From Candidatus Eiseniibacteriota bacterium (GTDB lineage: Bacteria > Eisenbacteria > RBG-16-71-46 > SZUA-252), in assembly GCA_041484545.1 (NCBI GenBank), contig JBGPHU010000002.1, positions 1-46,562 on the forward strand: 46,562 nucleotides of DNA, read 5' to 3'. How positions within the stretch are numbered: the first letter of the stretch is position 1; each line of letters opens with the position of its first letter. The position numbers and the translations under genes are program-made. The notes beneath the pieces are model-generated. The model was not told where the DNA came from, did not search any database, and was given only the letters and a program-made list of their open reading frames with translations. This document shows positions 12,409 through 24,036 of the stretch, in pieces.

Positions 12409-12637
12409 CCATCTTCGCGAGGCGGGACTTGCGGCGGTTGGCCACCGTCTTGTGCAGCATGCCCTTCTTGACGGCGCGGTCGAGCTTGGCTGTAACCGAA
12501 CTCATAAGTGCCGCGTTCGCAGGTTCTTGCCTGGCTTTCTTCAACAGGGTCTTCAGCTCCGACTTCACCGCGAGGTTCCGCTTCTGGTCACGCAGGTTCG
12601 TATTGACTCTTTTCACGGCCGATTTGTGGCGAGGCAT
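12383..12637 (-). CDS. rpsT: 30S ribosomal protein S20
   Basis: N-terminus MPRHKSAVKRVNTNLRDQKRNLAVKSELKT, 84 aa. GGAGGA Shine-Dalgarno upstream. Its last 26 nt overlap the proS 3' end on the opposite strand. Confidence 0.93.
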   Translation of the reverse strand: MPRHKSAVKRVNTNLRDQKRNLAVKSELKTLLKKARQEPANAALMSSVTAKLDRAVKKGMLHKTVANRRKSRLAKMVNRSAKAS

Positions 12638-12686
12638 TCGTTCCTCCGGTTCATCGTCATCGTTCGATAGCGGGGCGTAAGCCGTT

Positions 12687-12715
12687 AGAGTATCGGGGGA
12701 TCACCAGGCTGTCAA
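12687..12715 (-). promoter_or_regulatory. Sigma70-type promoter for rpsT (TTGACA-17-TACTCT)
   Basis: On the minus strand, a perfect TTGACA (12715-12710) is followed by a 17-nt spacer and TACTCT (12692-12687). GGAGGA Shine-Dalgarno lies before the ATG at 12637. Confidence 0.5.
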
Positions 12716-12737
12716 CACCCGAGGCGCGATTCCCTCA

Positions 12738-12746
12738 TGCTATACT
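12738..12746 (+). promoter_or_regulatory. Extended -10 element TGCTATACT directly upstream of uvrC (near-leaderless geometry)
   Basis: TGCTATACT at 12738-12746. The predicted +1 is about 12753 and the uvrC ATG is at 12754. No Shine-Dalgarno is present. Confidence 0.45.
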
Positions 12747-12753
12747 CGCTCGG

Positions 12754-14655
12754 ATGGTCCCGCGTCCTCGAAAACGCCATGGTGATTCCCTCACTCCGCC
12801 TCCCGACGAACCGAACCCGGAAGAGCTGAAACGCAAGATCGCCTCGCTCCCGCTCCTGCCAGGGGTATACGTCTTCAAGGGCATAGGCGGCGGCGTGCTC
12901 TATGTCGGGAAGGCCAAGCGGCTCGATCAGCGGGTCCGGTCGCATTTCCAGAGCCCCGACCTGATCGGTCCGCGTCAGGTGGCGTTGATCCGCAAGGTCC
13001 GGGATCTCGATTTCATCGCGGTCGACTCGGAAGGGGACGCGCTCCTGCTCGAGGCGACTCTCGTCCGGGAGCACCAACCGCCCTACAACATCCGACTCAA
13101 GGACGACAAACGATATCCCTACATCCGCGTCTCCTGGCAGGAAGCGTATCCGCGCATGTCGCTGGTTCGCCGGATCGAGCGCGACGGAGCCCGCTACTTC
13201 GGTCCGTACACCGAGGTGAAGGCGCTTCGCGAGCTCTTACGCATGACCCAGACCATCTTCCCCATGCGCTCCTGCCAGGACATCGACGCTCACATCGCGG
13301 CGGGGCGGGAGTGTCTGGATTTCCACATCGGACGCTGCACCGGTCCCTGCATCGCCAGGCAGACGCAGGAGGAGTACCGCGCGATGGTGGAGCAGTTCTG
13401 CGATTTCCTGGCGGGAAAGCGCGAAGACGTGATCCGCGCGCTTCAAGGGTTGCAGACGGCCGCGGCCGCCCGCCGCGAATACGAGCGGGCGGGGAAGATC
13501 CGCGACCAGGTGCGAGGCATCGAGTCGATCCTCGCGCGGCAGCGTGTCGTGGATCTGAGCGGGTCCGAGGCGGACGTCGTCGGCGTGGCGCGCCAGGGCG
13601 AGGCCGCCTGCGCGGTGATCTTCAAGATTCGGGAGCGGCGCGTGCTGTCGCGTGACGTCCGGTGGCTCTCGGGAGCGGGAAACGCGGACGAGGCGGAGCT
13701 TCTGCGCGCGTTTCTCACGCTCTACTACACGCGCGCGGAACAGGTGCCAGGTTGTGTGCTCGTCGAGGTCGAGCCGGCCGAAGCCAAGCTGCTCGAGCAG
13801 GTCCTCTCTGCGGCCTCGGGGACGGCGGTGCGCGTTCGAACATCGCGGGGTCTCGCGGAACGGGCGCTGGTGCGCACGGCGCGCCGCAACGCCTCGCTCC
13901 TCCTGGGACGCGAGTCCGAGGAGCGGGATGGATCGCGTCCGCTCCGCGCGAACGAGTTCGACGAGGCGCTCGAGCTGCAGCGGGAGCTGGGGCTGGCAAT
14001 CCTTCCTAGAAGGATCCGATGCTTCGACGTCTCCACGATCCAGGGCCGCCACACCGTCGCTTCGATGGTCACCTTCCGGGACGGAACCCCGTTCAAGGGG
14101 GAGTACCGGCGGTTTCGGATCGGCTCGGTCTCGGGACAGGACGACTTCGCCGCGATGGCGGAGGCGGTGGGGCGCCACGCGGCCCGGGTCGGGGAGGGAG
14201 AGATCGAGCCGGCCGACCTGATCGTGATCGACGGGGGCGTGGGGCAGCTGGAAGCGGCGCGCAAGGCCGCCCGGGGGACGCCGATCGAGCGCGTGCCGTT
14301 CATCGGGCTGGCGAAGCGTCTCGAGGAGATCTTCATCCCGGGCCGGCGGGATTCGCTCCTTCTGCCGCGGCGCTCGCCGGCGGTGAAGCTCCTGATGCGG
14401 GCGCGCGACGAGGCGCACCGCTTCGCGATCGGGTACCACCGGACCCTGCGCGCGAAGGCAGCGCGCGCCTCGGCGCTCGACCAAATCCCCGGACTCGGCC
14501 CCAAGCGCCGCGCGCTCCTGCTCCAGACCTTCGGATCGCTCGAGCGGATCCGCCGGCAGCCGCCCGATGCGATCGCGGCGATCCCGGGCATCGGGCTGCG
14601 CATGGCCGAGCGAATCCTGCGCGAGATCGGCCATGCGAACGAGGCGAGCGCTTGA
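12754..14655 (+). CDS. uvrC: Excinuclease ABC subunit C
   Basis: GIY-YIG domain (PGVYVFKG..VLYVGKAKRLDQRVRSHF), UVR motif, endonuclease region, and C-terminal (HhH)2 (IPGLGPKRRALLLQTFGS..IPGIG). Confidence 0.93.
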   Translation: MVPRPRKRHGDSLTPPPDEPNPEELKRKIASLPLLPGVYVFKGIGGGVLYVGKAKRLDQRVRSHFQSPDLIGPRQVALIRKVRDLDFIAVDSEGDALLLEATLVREHQPPYNIRLKDDKRYPYIRVSWQEAYPRMSLVRRIERDGARYFGPYTEVKALRELLRMTQTIFPMRSCQDIDAHIAAGRECLDFHIGRCTGPCIARQTQEEYRAMVEQFCDFLAGKREDVIRALQGLQTAAAARREYERAGKIRDQVRGIESILARQRVVDLSGSEADVVGVARQGEAACAVIFKIRERRVLSRDVRWLSGAGNADEAELLRAFLTLYYTRAEQVPGCVLVEVEPAEAKLLEQVLSAASGTAVRVRTSRGLAERALVRTARRNASLLLGRESEERDGSRPLRANEFDEALELQRELGLAILPRRIRCFDVSTIQGRHTVASMVTFRDGTPFKGEYRRFRIGSVSGQDDFAAMAEAVGRHAARVGEGEIEPADLIVIDGGVGQLEAARKAARGTPIERVPFIGLAKRLEEIFIPGRRDSLLLPRRSPAVKLLMRARDEAHRFAIGYHRTLRAKAARASALDQIPGLGPKRRALLLQTFGSLERIRRQPPDAIAAIPGIGLRMAERILREIGHANEASA

Positions 14656-15164
14656 GCGCCCTCGAGGTGGCGTCCGCGAGCGTGGCGACCGAGTTGGGCC
14701 CGGTCTGGATCCTCGCGACCCAGGCGGGGCTCCGGGGGATCGGGCTCGGCGAGCGGGAAGCTCCCTCGGCCCGCGAGGCCCGGGCGCTCGGAATTCACTA
14801 CGTGAAGCGGCCCCGCTGGACCGACCCGACCCGGCGCGCCCTCGACCATTACTTCGCGGGCCGCGAGGTCGCGCTGGATCTTACGCTGGACCTGGCGCAA
14901 GGCTCGCGATTCGAGAGACGCGTCTGGGAGGCCGCCCGCCGCGTGCCCTACGGGGCTCTCGTCTCCTACGGAATGCTGGCGGTCCGGCTCGGAGTGCCGG
15001 GCGGCGCCCGCGCCGTCGGGAACGCGCTCGGGAGGAATCCCGTGCCGATCGTGGTCCCCTGCCACCGCGTGATCCATGGCGACCAGTCGATCGGCGGCTT
15101 CTCGAGCGGACTGCGCTGGAAGCGCTTCCTGCTCGAGCTTGAGCGCGGAAAGCTCGATCTATGA
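14652..15164 (+). CDS. ogt: Methylated-DNA--protein-cysteine methyltransferase
   Basis: Active site VPCHRVI plus GNALGRNPVPIVVPCHRV. It lies in the same frame as ORF 14019..15164. The TTG start at 14652 overlaps the uvrC stop; an alternative GTG start is at 14667. Confidence 0.85.
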   Translation: MSALEVASASVATELGPVWILATQAGLRGIGLGEREAPSAREARALGIHYVKRPRWTDPTRRALDHYFAGREVALDLTLDLAQGSRFERRVWEAARRVPYGALVSYGMLAVRLGVPGGARAVGNALGRNPVPIVVPCHRVIHGDQSIGGFSSGLRWKRFLLELERGKLDL

Positions 15165-16060
15165 AGCCTCCGCGAAGCGTCCTGGGGGATCGGATCCGCC
15201 AGTTCCGGGAGCACCTGAGTCTGGAGCGAAGGCTCGGGGACAACACCGTGAGCGCCTACGTGAGGGACCTTGAGCAGTACGACGCGTTCCTCGTGGCGCG
15301 CGGGAAACGAAGCGCGGCAGCCGTCCGGGTCGAGGAGGTGGAAGCCTACGTCTCGGAGCGGGCCTGGGCGGCTTCCACCGTGGCGCGGAAGATCGCCTCG
15401 CTCCGCGCTTTTCATGAGTTCTTGCGCCGGCGCGGCCACACGGAGGAGAATCCCGCGCTCCAGATCCGCCCGCCGCGCAGGACGCGGCCCCTGCCCGACG
15501 TGCTCACCGTTCCCGAGGTCGAGGCGCTGCTGGGCTCGCCCCGTGGAGAGGAGCCCGCGGCGGTCCGGGATCGCGCGATGCTGGAGCTGGCGTACGCGAC
15601 GGGGCTTCGCGTGAGCGAGCTCGTCGGGCTCACGCTGGAGGAGGTGGATCTGGACGAGGATCTGGTCCGGTGCTTCGGGAAGCGTTCACGCGAACGGATC
15701 GTGCCGTTCGGCGGGAAGGCCAAGTCGGCGCTGCGGCGCTATCTCGACTTCGCCCGCGCGTGCTTCCTGAGGGAGCGGAGCGAGCGGGGGCTTTTCCTGA
15801 CGCGCCTGGGCCGGAGATTCACGCGCATGGGCTACTGGAAGCTCCTCGAGGGGCACCGGCGAGCGGCGGGAATCACGCGCCCGATCTCGCCCCACACCCT
15901 GCGCCACTCGTGCGCGACGCACCTGCTCGAAGGAGGATGCGATCTTCGCGTGGTCCAGGAATTCCTGGGGCACCGCTCGATCGAGACGACGAGGATCTAC
16001 ACGCATCTGGACCGGAATTACCTGCGCGTGGAGTACAAGCAGTTCCATCCACGCGCCTGA
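15161..16060 (+). CDS. xerD: Tyrosine site-specific recombinase, XerD-like
   Basis: Motifs ELAYATGLRVSELVGL and TLRHSCATHLLEGGCDLRVVQEFLGHRSIETTRIYTHL. ATGA overlap with ogt. Confidence 0.87.
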   Translation: MKPPRSVLGDRIRQFREHLSLERRLGDNTVSAYVRDLEQYDAFLVARGKRSAAAVRVEEVEAYVSERAWAASTVARKIASLRAFHEFLRRRGHTEENPALQIRPPRRTRPLPDVLTVPEVEALLGSPRGEEPAAVRDRAMLELAYATGLRVSELVGLTLEEVDLDEDLVRCFGKRSRERIVPFGGKAKSALRRYLDFARACFLRERSERGLFLTRLGRRFTRMGYWKLLEGHRRAAGITRPISPHTLRHSCATHLLEGGCDLRVVQEFLGHRSIETTRIYTHLDRNYLRVEYKQFHPRA

Positions 16061-16088
16061 CGCGTCGGCCGGCATCGGGGAGGACTGG

Positions 16089-16784
16089 ATGAACGTACGG
16101 GTGACGGGTATCGCGGTGGTCTGCGCGGTCGCAGTGCTCGGGGCGACGCGCCACGCGGGCGCGGAGGACCTCACGAGATGGGCGCGCGCGGGATCGGCCG
16201 AGACTCTGATGCGCCGTCAGCCGGCGCCGGTGTCGCCGCGGACGACGCCGACGCTGCGGCGGCAGCGGAAGGGGACGATCAGCCTCGGCGGGCAGATCGG
16301 GTACGGAATGGTTCGCGGCTCCTCGGAGCTGAACGACCATTTCGATCGGGGTGTGGGGTACGGCATTCGATTTCGGTACATGCTGAGCCCTCGGGCGGCG
16401 CTCGGGTTTTCGTTCGAGAGCCAGCGTTACGGGACGCGCGCCGGACTTCCGGTGAGCACGGAACCGCTCGCCGCCAAGGACAGCGAGTTGGTGATCACCA
16501 CTGTCGGCACCGAGGCCGTCGTGTTCTTTCATCGCGATCGGAGCACGACGCCGTACCTCGTTGGAGGCCTCGGGTTCGCGAGCCCGAACGTGACCTACGA
16601 GTCGACGGAAGCCCGCCGCGTGGACGAGGGCCCGTTCCTGGTCTTTGGGGCCGGCCTCGAGCACTTCGTGCGCCCGAGGATGTCCCTGGACTTCTCGCTC
16701 CGCGGCCAGGCCCAGGTGGGGAACTCGGAGCTGTCGCTCTTGTCCCAGCTGACCGCGGGGATCCATCTGTATCCGGGGGACTGA
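16089..16784 (+). CDS. Outer-membrane beta-barrel protein (OmpA-like 8-stranded barrel family)
   Basis: Signal peptide (AVVCAVAVLGATRHAGAED). Alternating hydrophobic beta-strand pattern (GYGIRFRYMLS, LGFSFESQ, VFGAGLEHFV, LDFSLRG). Confidence 0.5.
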   Translation: MNVRVTGIAVVCAVAVLGATRHAGAEDLTRWARAGSAETLMRRQPAPVSPRTTPTLRRQRKGTISLGGQIGYGMVRGSSELNDHFDRGVGYGIRFRYMLSPRAALGFSFESQRYGTRAGLPVSTEPLAAKDSELVITTVGTEAVVFFHRDRSTTPYLVGGLGFASPNVTYESTEARRVDEGPFLVFGAGLEHFVRPRMSLDFSLRGQAQVGNSELSLLSQLTAGIHLYPGD

Positions 16785-16816
16785 CGGCGTGAGCGCGGAC
16801 TTGTGAGCGCGGCCTC

Positions 16817-18198
16817 GTGAGGGTGACCTTCTGGGGCGCCGCGCGGACCGTCACCGGATCCAAACATCTCCTCACCGGCCGATCGGGAGCGATGCTCCTG
16901 GATTGCGGCCTCTTTCAGGGAAGGCGCGCGGAATCGGAAGCGCGAAATCGGGCGCTGCCGTTCGCGGCGACCTCGGTGGATTGCATGGTTCTCTCGCACG
17001 CCCACATCGACCACTCAGGCGCCATCCCGTTTCTCTGCAAGCAGGGATTCGACGGCCCCATCCACGCCACGGCCACGACCGTGGATCTGTGCCGCGCCAT
17101 GCTGCTGGACGCCGCCCACATCCAGGTCAAGGACGCCGAGTTCGTGAACCGTCATCATCGCGGCGGGTCGAGGGGACCCGTAGTGCCGCTCTACACGGCC
17201 GAGGACGCGGAGCGGGCGCTGACGCAGTTCGTGCCCCACGCCTACGAAGAGCCCTTCGAGCCCCTGGAGCGTACGTCCGTCAGCTTCCATGAAGCGGGAC
17301 ACATCCCCGGCGCGGCATCCGTGGAGGTCCAGTGGAAGGAGAACGGCCGCGCGGGATCGCTGGTCTTCTCGGGAGACCTCGGGCGGCCGGACCGCCCGAT
17401 CCTGCGCGATCCGGCTCCCCTCCCGAAGGCCGATTACCTCATCACCGAGGCAACCTACGGCGGCAAGCGACATCCCGACGAGGTCTCGCTCCACGAGACG
17501 CTAGAGCGCGTGTTGCGGAGCGCCCTGGAGCGGCGGGGAAGGATCGTGATCCCGGCCTTCGCGGTGGGACGGACTCAGGAGGTCGTGCACGCGCTGGACC
17601 GTCTCTTTCTCGCGGGACGCGTTCCGGAGGTGCCGATCTACGTCGACAGCCCGCTCGCGTCCGAGATCCTGACCGTCGTGGGGCGTCACCCCGAAGTCTA
17701 CGACGACGAGACGATCGCGGCGCTCCGCCGAGGCGAAGACCCGCTGGGAATGCGACGGATCACGCTGGTGCGCGACGCGGAGGATTCCAAGAGGCTGAAC
17801 GAGAAGTCGGGGACCTTCATCACGATCGCCGCCTCCGGGATGTGCGAGGGGGGCCGCGTCCTGCATCACCTCAAGCACACCGTCTCCGATCCGAAGCACA
17901 CGATCGTCATCGTGGGCTACCAGGCCGAGGGAACGCTGGGCCGCCGTCTGGTCGAGCGCCGGGAGGAGGTGCGTATCTTCGGCGAGCCCTACCCGCTGCG
18001 GGCCTCAGTCGAGGTCCTGAACGGGTTCAGCGCGCACGCCGATCACGACGCCCTCGTCGCGCAGGCCAGGTCGTGCGGCGCGCCGAAGGGGTGCGCCATC
18101 GTCCACGCGGACCTGGAGCGCGCCGAAGCGCTCCGAGCCGCCCTCGCCCCCTCGATCCCGGTCCGGATTCCCTCGGAGGGCGACGTGTGGGAGCTCCG

Positions 18199-18202
<4 letters not shown>
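16817..18202 (+). CDS. MBL-fold beta-CASP ribonuclease (CPSF73/RNase J-related)
   Basis: N-terminus MRVTFWGAARTVTGSKHLL, HxHxDH motif SHAHIDHSGA, ITEATYGG, and beta-CASP motif C context GFSAHADHDAL. Confidence 0.85.
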
Positions 18203-20200
<1,998 letters not shown>

Positions 20201-20214
<14 letters not shown>

Positions 20215-21001
20215 ATCGGATCGGCGGCGCGTCGAGCTCCCGGAGATCCTGGCCTCGATCCTGGAATCTCGCGGCGCCGCCGTGTCCCGGGACGGCATGA
20301 TCTGGGAGGCGTCGCTGACCGCCGAGCTCACGTCCTCGCTCGGCGTGAGCCGGGTGCGGCTCGTCGCATCGCCCGCGGGGCGCGCGGCGCGGGGCGCGGA
20401 GATGGACGCCGCCATGACCGAGCGCATCCTCCTACTCGGGCGCTCGCACGGCGAGGTGGCGCGGCTGGTGGGCCCTGCTCCCTGGCCCAAGGGAGCCTCA
20501 CAGGAGCCCAGGATCTGGGGCCGCCTCCACTGGAGGATCCGGTACGGGAGCGACGAGATCCCGGAGGAGCTTCTGGTCCAGGAGCTGCCCGTCGGCGGCA
20601 CCGGGGGGGTGCGTGTCCCGCGGCCCGCGGTCCTGCGCGCGGCGACCCCCGAGGAGGAGGAGCGGCTTCCGCGCCCGGATCCGGAGGCGCTCGCCACGAC
20701 CTGGACCCGCGCCCTTCGGCTACTCGAGGGCCGAGCGCGCCGTAAGCTCCGTCCGCACGAGGACCGCGCGAGGCGCGAGCTCCATCGCGAGATGCGCACG
20801 CTGAGCAGCCATTATCGATCGCTCATCGCCGAAGAGCGGGCGGGGCGCGCGCGGCGCCCCGAGGATCGCGAGGCCGGCCGGATGCTTCAGCTCAAGGAAG
20901 ACTGGGAGCGGAAGCTGGTTCAGGTGATCCGGCAGCGCGCCTTCGAGACCGAGGCGACCCTCGTGGCCGCGGCGCTGCTCTACGCGGTTCCGGAGCGCTG
21001 A
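20201..21001 (+). CDS. Hypothetical protein, possibly YqhG-like partner of the SNF2 ATPase
   Basis: The ATG at 20201 overlaps the SNF2 gene 3' end by 14 nt. About 266 aa. Its size and its position next to an SNF2 gene recall the Bacillus yqhH/yqhG pair. The similarity was judged by eye only. Confidence 0.4.
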
Positions 21002-21011
21002 GCGCGCCCGT

Positions 21012-21040
21012 TTGACAGGGAGCGCCCACGGGGTTAAACT
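21012..21040 (+). promoter_or_regulatory. Sigma70-type promoter (TTGACA-17-TAAACT) for the TPR/GH57 unit
   Basis: Perfect -35 at 21012-21017, a 17-nt spacer, and TAAACT at 21035-21040. GGAGA Shine-Dalgarno and ATG 21069 lie downstream. Confidence 0.5.
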
Positions 21041-21068
21041 CGCGCGCTCGTACTCAACGGAGACATTC

Positions 21069-21770
21069 ATGACCACGCGACTCGTGAAACACCAGAAACT
21101 CACAAAACGGCAGATCAAAGAGGATCCGCTCGTCACGGCGGCGTTCCGGGGCACCCAGGTGTGGGAGCAACACGGGACCCGGATCCTCATCGGCCTCGGG
21201 GCGCTCGTGCTCCTCGTGCTTCTCGTCTTCTTCGTTTCACGCAGCCGGGCTCAGACCGAGGAGCGCGCGGGCGCCGATCTCTTCCGGGCGGAAATGTCGG
21301 TGGGGCAGAACGACTACGCTTCGGCCGTGCAGATGCTCCGCGAGATCGTGGACTCCGCGCCAGGAACCAACGCCGCGCGGAGCGCGATGCTCTACCTGGG
21401 CGACGCCTACTCGGCGCAGGGGAAGCCGGGCGAGGCGGTGAGCTGGTACCGCCGCGGCCTCGCCAAGGCCGGGAAGGACCGCGAGGCCAGGGTCGCCGGC
21501 CTCCATGGGCTGGCGGCGGCGCTCGAGGACCGGGGCGACTTCGCCCAGGCGGCCTCGAACTATGCCGAGCTGGCGAAGCTCGGGACGACCGACAACGAGC
21601 GCGGGCGAATGATGCTCGGCCAGGCGCGCTGTCTTGCCAAGGCCGGGCAGACCCAGAATGCCGTGGCCGTCTATCAGGCGGTCCAGCGGCTCCCCGTCGT
21701 CGACACCGATATCTTGAATTCGGCGGGCGTCGGCATGGGCGAGCTCTCCACCGGCTCCGCGACTCCCTAG
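21069..21770 (+). CDS. Membrane-anchored TPR protein (YfgM-like architecture)
   Basis: A basic N-terminus is followed by a single TM helix (ILIGLGALVLLVLLVFFV) and TPR-like helices. GGAGA Shine-Dalgarno lies 5 nt upstream, with a sigma70-type promoter further upstream. Confidence 0.55.
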   Translation: MTTRLVKHQKLTKRQIKEDPLVTAAFRGTQVWEQHGTRILIGLGALVLLVLLVFFVSRSRAQTEERAGADLFRAEMSVGQNDYASAVQMLREIVDSAPGTNAARSAMLYLGDAYSAQGKPGEAVSWYRRGLAKAGKDREARVAGLHGLAAALEDRGDFAQAASNYAELAKLGTTDNERGRMMLGQARCLAKAGQTQNAVAVYQAVQRLPVVDTDILNSAGVGMGELSTGSATP

Positions 21771-21784
21771 CTTCACCGCCGCGA

Positions 21785-23980
21785 TTGGCGGATCGCGTCC
21801 GGCTCGCGCTGATGTGGCACATGCATCAGCCGTCCTATCGGGATGCTCTCACAGGTCGGACCCTTCTACCCTGGACGCGGCTCCACGCCACGAAAGACTA
21901 CGGCGACATGGTGACGGTGCTCCGCCGCCACCCGAGCGTGCACGCCACCTTCAACCTCACGCCGGTGCTCCTGGACCAGCTCGAAGCGATGGCTTCGGGG
22001 GACCCGGACCTCTATCTCGACCTGGCGCGGAAGGACGCGGTCTCCGTCACGCCGGAGGAGCAGCGGTTTCTCGCGCGACATTTCTTCAGCGTGGACGAGG
22101 CGCGTATGCTCGAGCCCTATCCGCGCTACCGCGAGCTCAAGGCGCGCTGCGCGGCCGCTGCGGGCGGACCGCGGGGCCCGCGCGAGCAGCCTCTGACACC
22201 GGCGGAGATCCGCGATCTCCAGACCTGGTTCTACCTCGTTTGGGTCGACCCCGAGTATCGGAGCGAAGAACCCATCCGTTCTCTCTTCGCCAAGGGAAGG
22301 GGATTCACCGAAGCTGAGAAGCGCTCGCTCCTGGACTGGGGAACGGCGCTCGCGGCCCGGATCATCGGGATCTACGGGGAGGCGGAGCGCGCGGGGCAGA
22401 TCGAGATCGCCACGTCGGCCCATCACCACCCGATCCTCCCGCTCCTCGTGACCACCGAGGCGCCCCGCGAGATCTCATCCTCGATCCGGCTTCCGAATCC
22501 GCCGTTCCGCGCACCCGAGGATGCGGCCCGCCACCTGCGGCGCGCGCGCGAGAGCCACGAGCGGCGTTTCGGAAAGGCAGCCCGCGGAACGTGGCCTCCG
22601 GAGGGAGCGGTGAGCCAGGAGGCGCTCTCGCTCATCGCCGAGGCGGGCTTTGCGTGGTGCGCGTCGGACGAGACGGTTCTCGCGCGGGCGATCGGCCGCG
22701 CCGAGCCCGGCGGAGGAGGCTGGGCGGGCGCGCTCTACCGCCCCTACCGCGTCGAGACCAAGTCCGGACCGCTGGCGATGGTGTTCCGCGACCGGGCTCT
22801 CTCCGATCGCATCGGCTTTACCTACATGGCGTGGGAGCCCGAGCGGGCCGCTGAGGATTTCGCGGGCCGCGTCCTGGATTGCGGCGCGCGCGCGCGGGCC
22901 GAAGGTGTCGAAGATCCGCTCGTGACGGTGATCCTGGATGGCGAGAATTGTTGGGAATCGTACGCCGAGGACGGCCGCCCGTTTCTCGAGGCGTTCTATG
23001 CAAGGCTCGCCGCGGAGTCCGGCCTCGAAGCGCTGACGATAGGGGAGGCGCTCGCGCGTCGCGCGCCTTCCGACGCGATCTCTCACGTTCCCGTGGGATC
23101 GTGGATCGCCGCGGACCTCTCCGTCTGGGTCGGGCACGCCGAAAAGAACCGGGCCTGGGCCGAGCTGCGCCGGGTGCGCGACCGGCTCGAGCGAGCGATC
23201 GTGAGCGGTTCCATGCCCGCGGCGCGGGCAGAGCAGGCGCGCGATGAGATTCTCGTGGCGGAAGCAAGCGACTGGTTCTGGTGGTACGGGGACGATCACC
23301 AGAGCGCGCACAAGGACGAGTTCGACGCCCTGTTCCGCTCCCATCTCGTCCGCGCCTACAACCTCCTCGGTCTGCCCACGCCCGCGACCGTGCGGCGAAG
23401 CCTGCGCGGCGCGCCGCCGGAAGGGCCCGACGGAGAGCACGTGCCGTATCTTTCGCCGACGCTGGACGGCCGCGACACGCACTTCTACGAATGGAGAAAC
23501 GCGGAGCTCTACGACGCCGCTTCCGACCAGGGCGCCGAGCACCGGACGAGCGGCGCGATTCGACGGGTTCTGTTCGGCCTGAACGAGAGCGATCTCTTCG
23601 TGCGCGTGGATGGCGTCGGGGTGGGCGCGTCTCCGTCGCGCGCGATCCGTCTCCGCTTCACGCTGCCGCGCCCGATCGAGGCTCGGGCGCCGATCTCGGC
23701 CGCGGCGCGCGGACCGCTCGAGTGGACGTCGGCCGCGGGCGCGGAAGATTCTGGCGCGGTGGGTTCGGGCGCGGGGGACCCTGGTGAGTACGTGGCGGGC
23801 GGCCTGACCGAGATCCGCGTTCCGCTCGCGCGGCTTCAGGCGGCGCCCAGGGGCATCCTACGATGGTCGGTCGTACTGGAGGAGTCCGGGGAAGTCGTCG
23901 AGGTGATTCCGAGGTCGGGAGAACTCGCCGCCCCGACGCTCGAGCCCGACTTCGAGGCTCGAAACTGGTCGGCCACCTGA
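21785..23980 (+). CDS. Glycoside hydrolase family 57 alpha-glucan enzyme (alpha-amylase / 4-alpha-glucanotransferase type with C-terminal domains)
   Basis: Motifs LALMWHMHQPSYRD, ATSAHHHPILPLL, ILDGENCWE and WFWWYGDDH. The proposed TTG start at 21785 is the only start that retains the first beta-strand. An ATG at 21812 is the alternative. Confidence 0.8.
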   Translation: MADRVRLALMWHMHQPSYRDALTGRTLLPWTRLHATKDYGDMVTVLRRHPSVHATFNLTPVLLDQLEAMASGDPDLYLDLARKDAVSVTPEEQRFLARHFFSVDEARMLEPYPRYRELKARCAAAAGGPRGPREQPLTPAEIRDLQTWFYLVWVDPEYRSEEPIRSLFAKGRGFTEAEKRSLLDWGTALAARIIGIYGEAERAGQIEIATSAHHHPILPLLVTTEAPREISSSIRLPNPPFRAPEDAARHLRRARESHERRFGKAARGTWPPEGAVSQEALSLIAEAGFAWCASDETVLARAIGRAEPGGGGWAGALYRPYRVETKSGPLAMVFRDRALSDRIGFTYMAWEPERAAEDFAGRVLDCGARARAEGVEDPLVTVILDGENCWESYAEDGRPFLEAFYARLAAESGLEALTIGEALARRAPSDAISHVPVGSWIAADLSVWVGHAEKNRAWAELRRVRDRLERAIVSGSMPAARAEQARDEILVAEASDWFWWYGDDHQSAHKDEFDALFRSHLVRAYNLLGLPTPATVRRSLRGAPPEGPDGEHVPYLSPTLDGRDTHFYEWRNAELYDAASDQGAEHRTSGAIRRVLFGLNESDLFVRVDGVGVGASPSRAIRLRFTLPRPIEARAPISAAARGPLEWTSAAGAEDSGAVGSGAGDPGEYVAGGLTEIRVPLARLQAAPRGILRWSVVLEESGEVVEVIPRSGELAAPTLEPDFEARNWSAT

Positions 23981-24001
23981 CGCCCCGGGGCCGTGGCAGC
24001 C

Positions 24002-24030
24002 TTGACGCTCCCCACGGCGCGTGCTATTCC
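24002..24030 (+). promoter_or_regulatory. Sigma70-type promoter (TTGACG-17-TATTCC with TGC extension), leaderless geometry
   Basis: TTGACG at 24002-24007, a 17-nt spacer ending in TGC, and TATTCC at 24025-24030. The GTG start at 24037 coincides with the predicted +1. Confidence 0.4.
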
Positions 24031-24036
24031 TGCCTC

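Noticed and set aside
17332-18198. N-terminal 289-aa extension of the SNF2 ORF as listed in the ORF track
   Set aside because: It lies in an alternative frame over the well-supported beta-CASP gene and translates to Arg/Pro/Gly-rich low-complexity sequence. The ATG at 18199, with its ATGA overlap, is the natural start.
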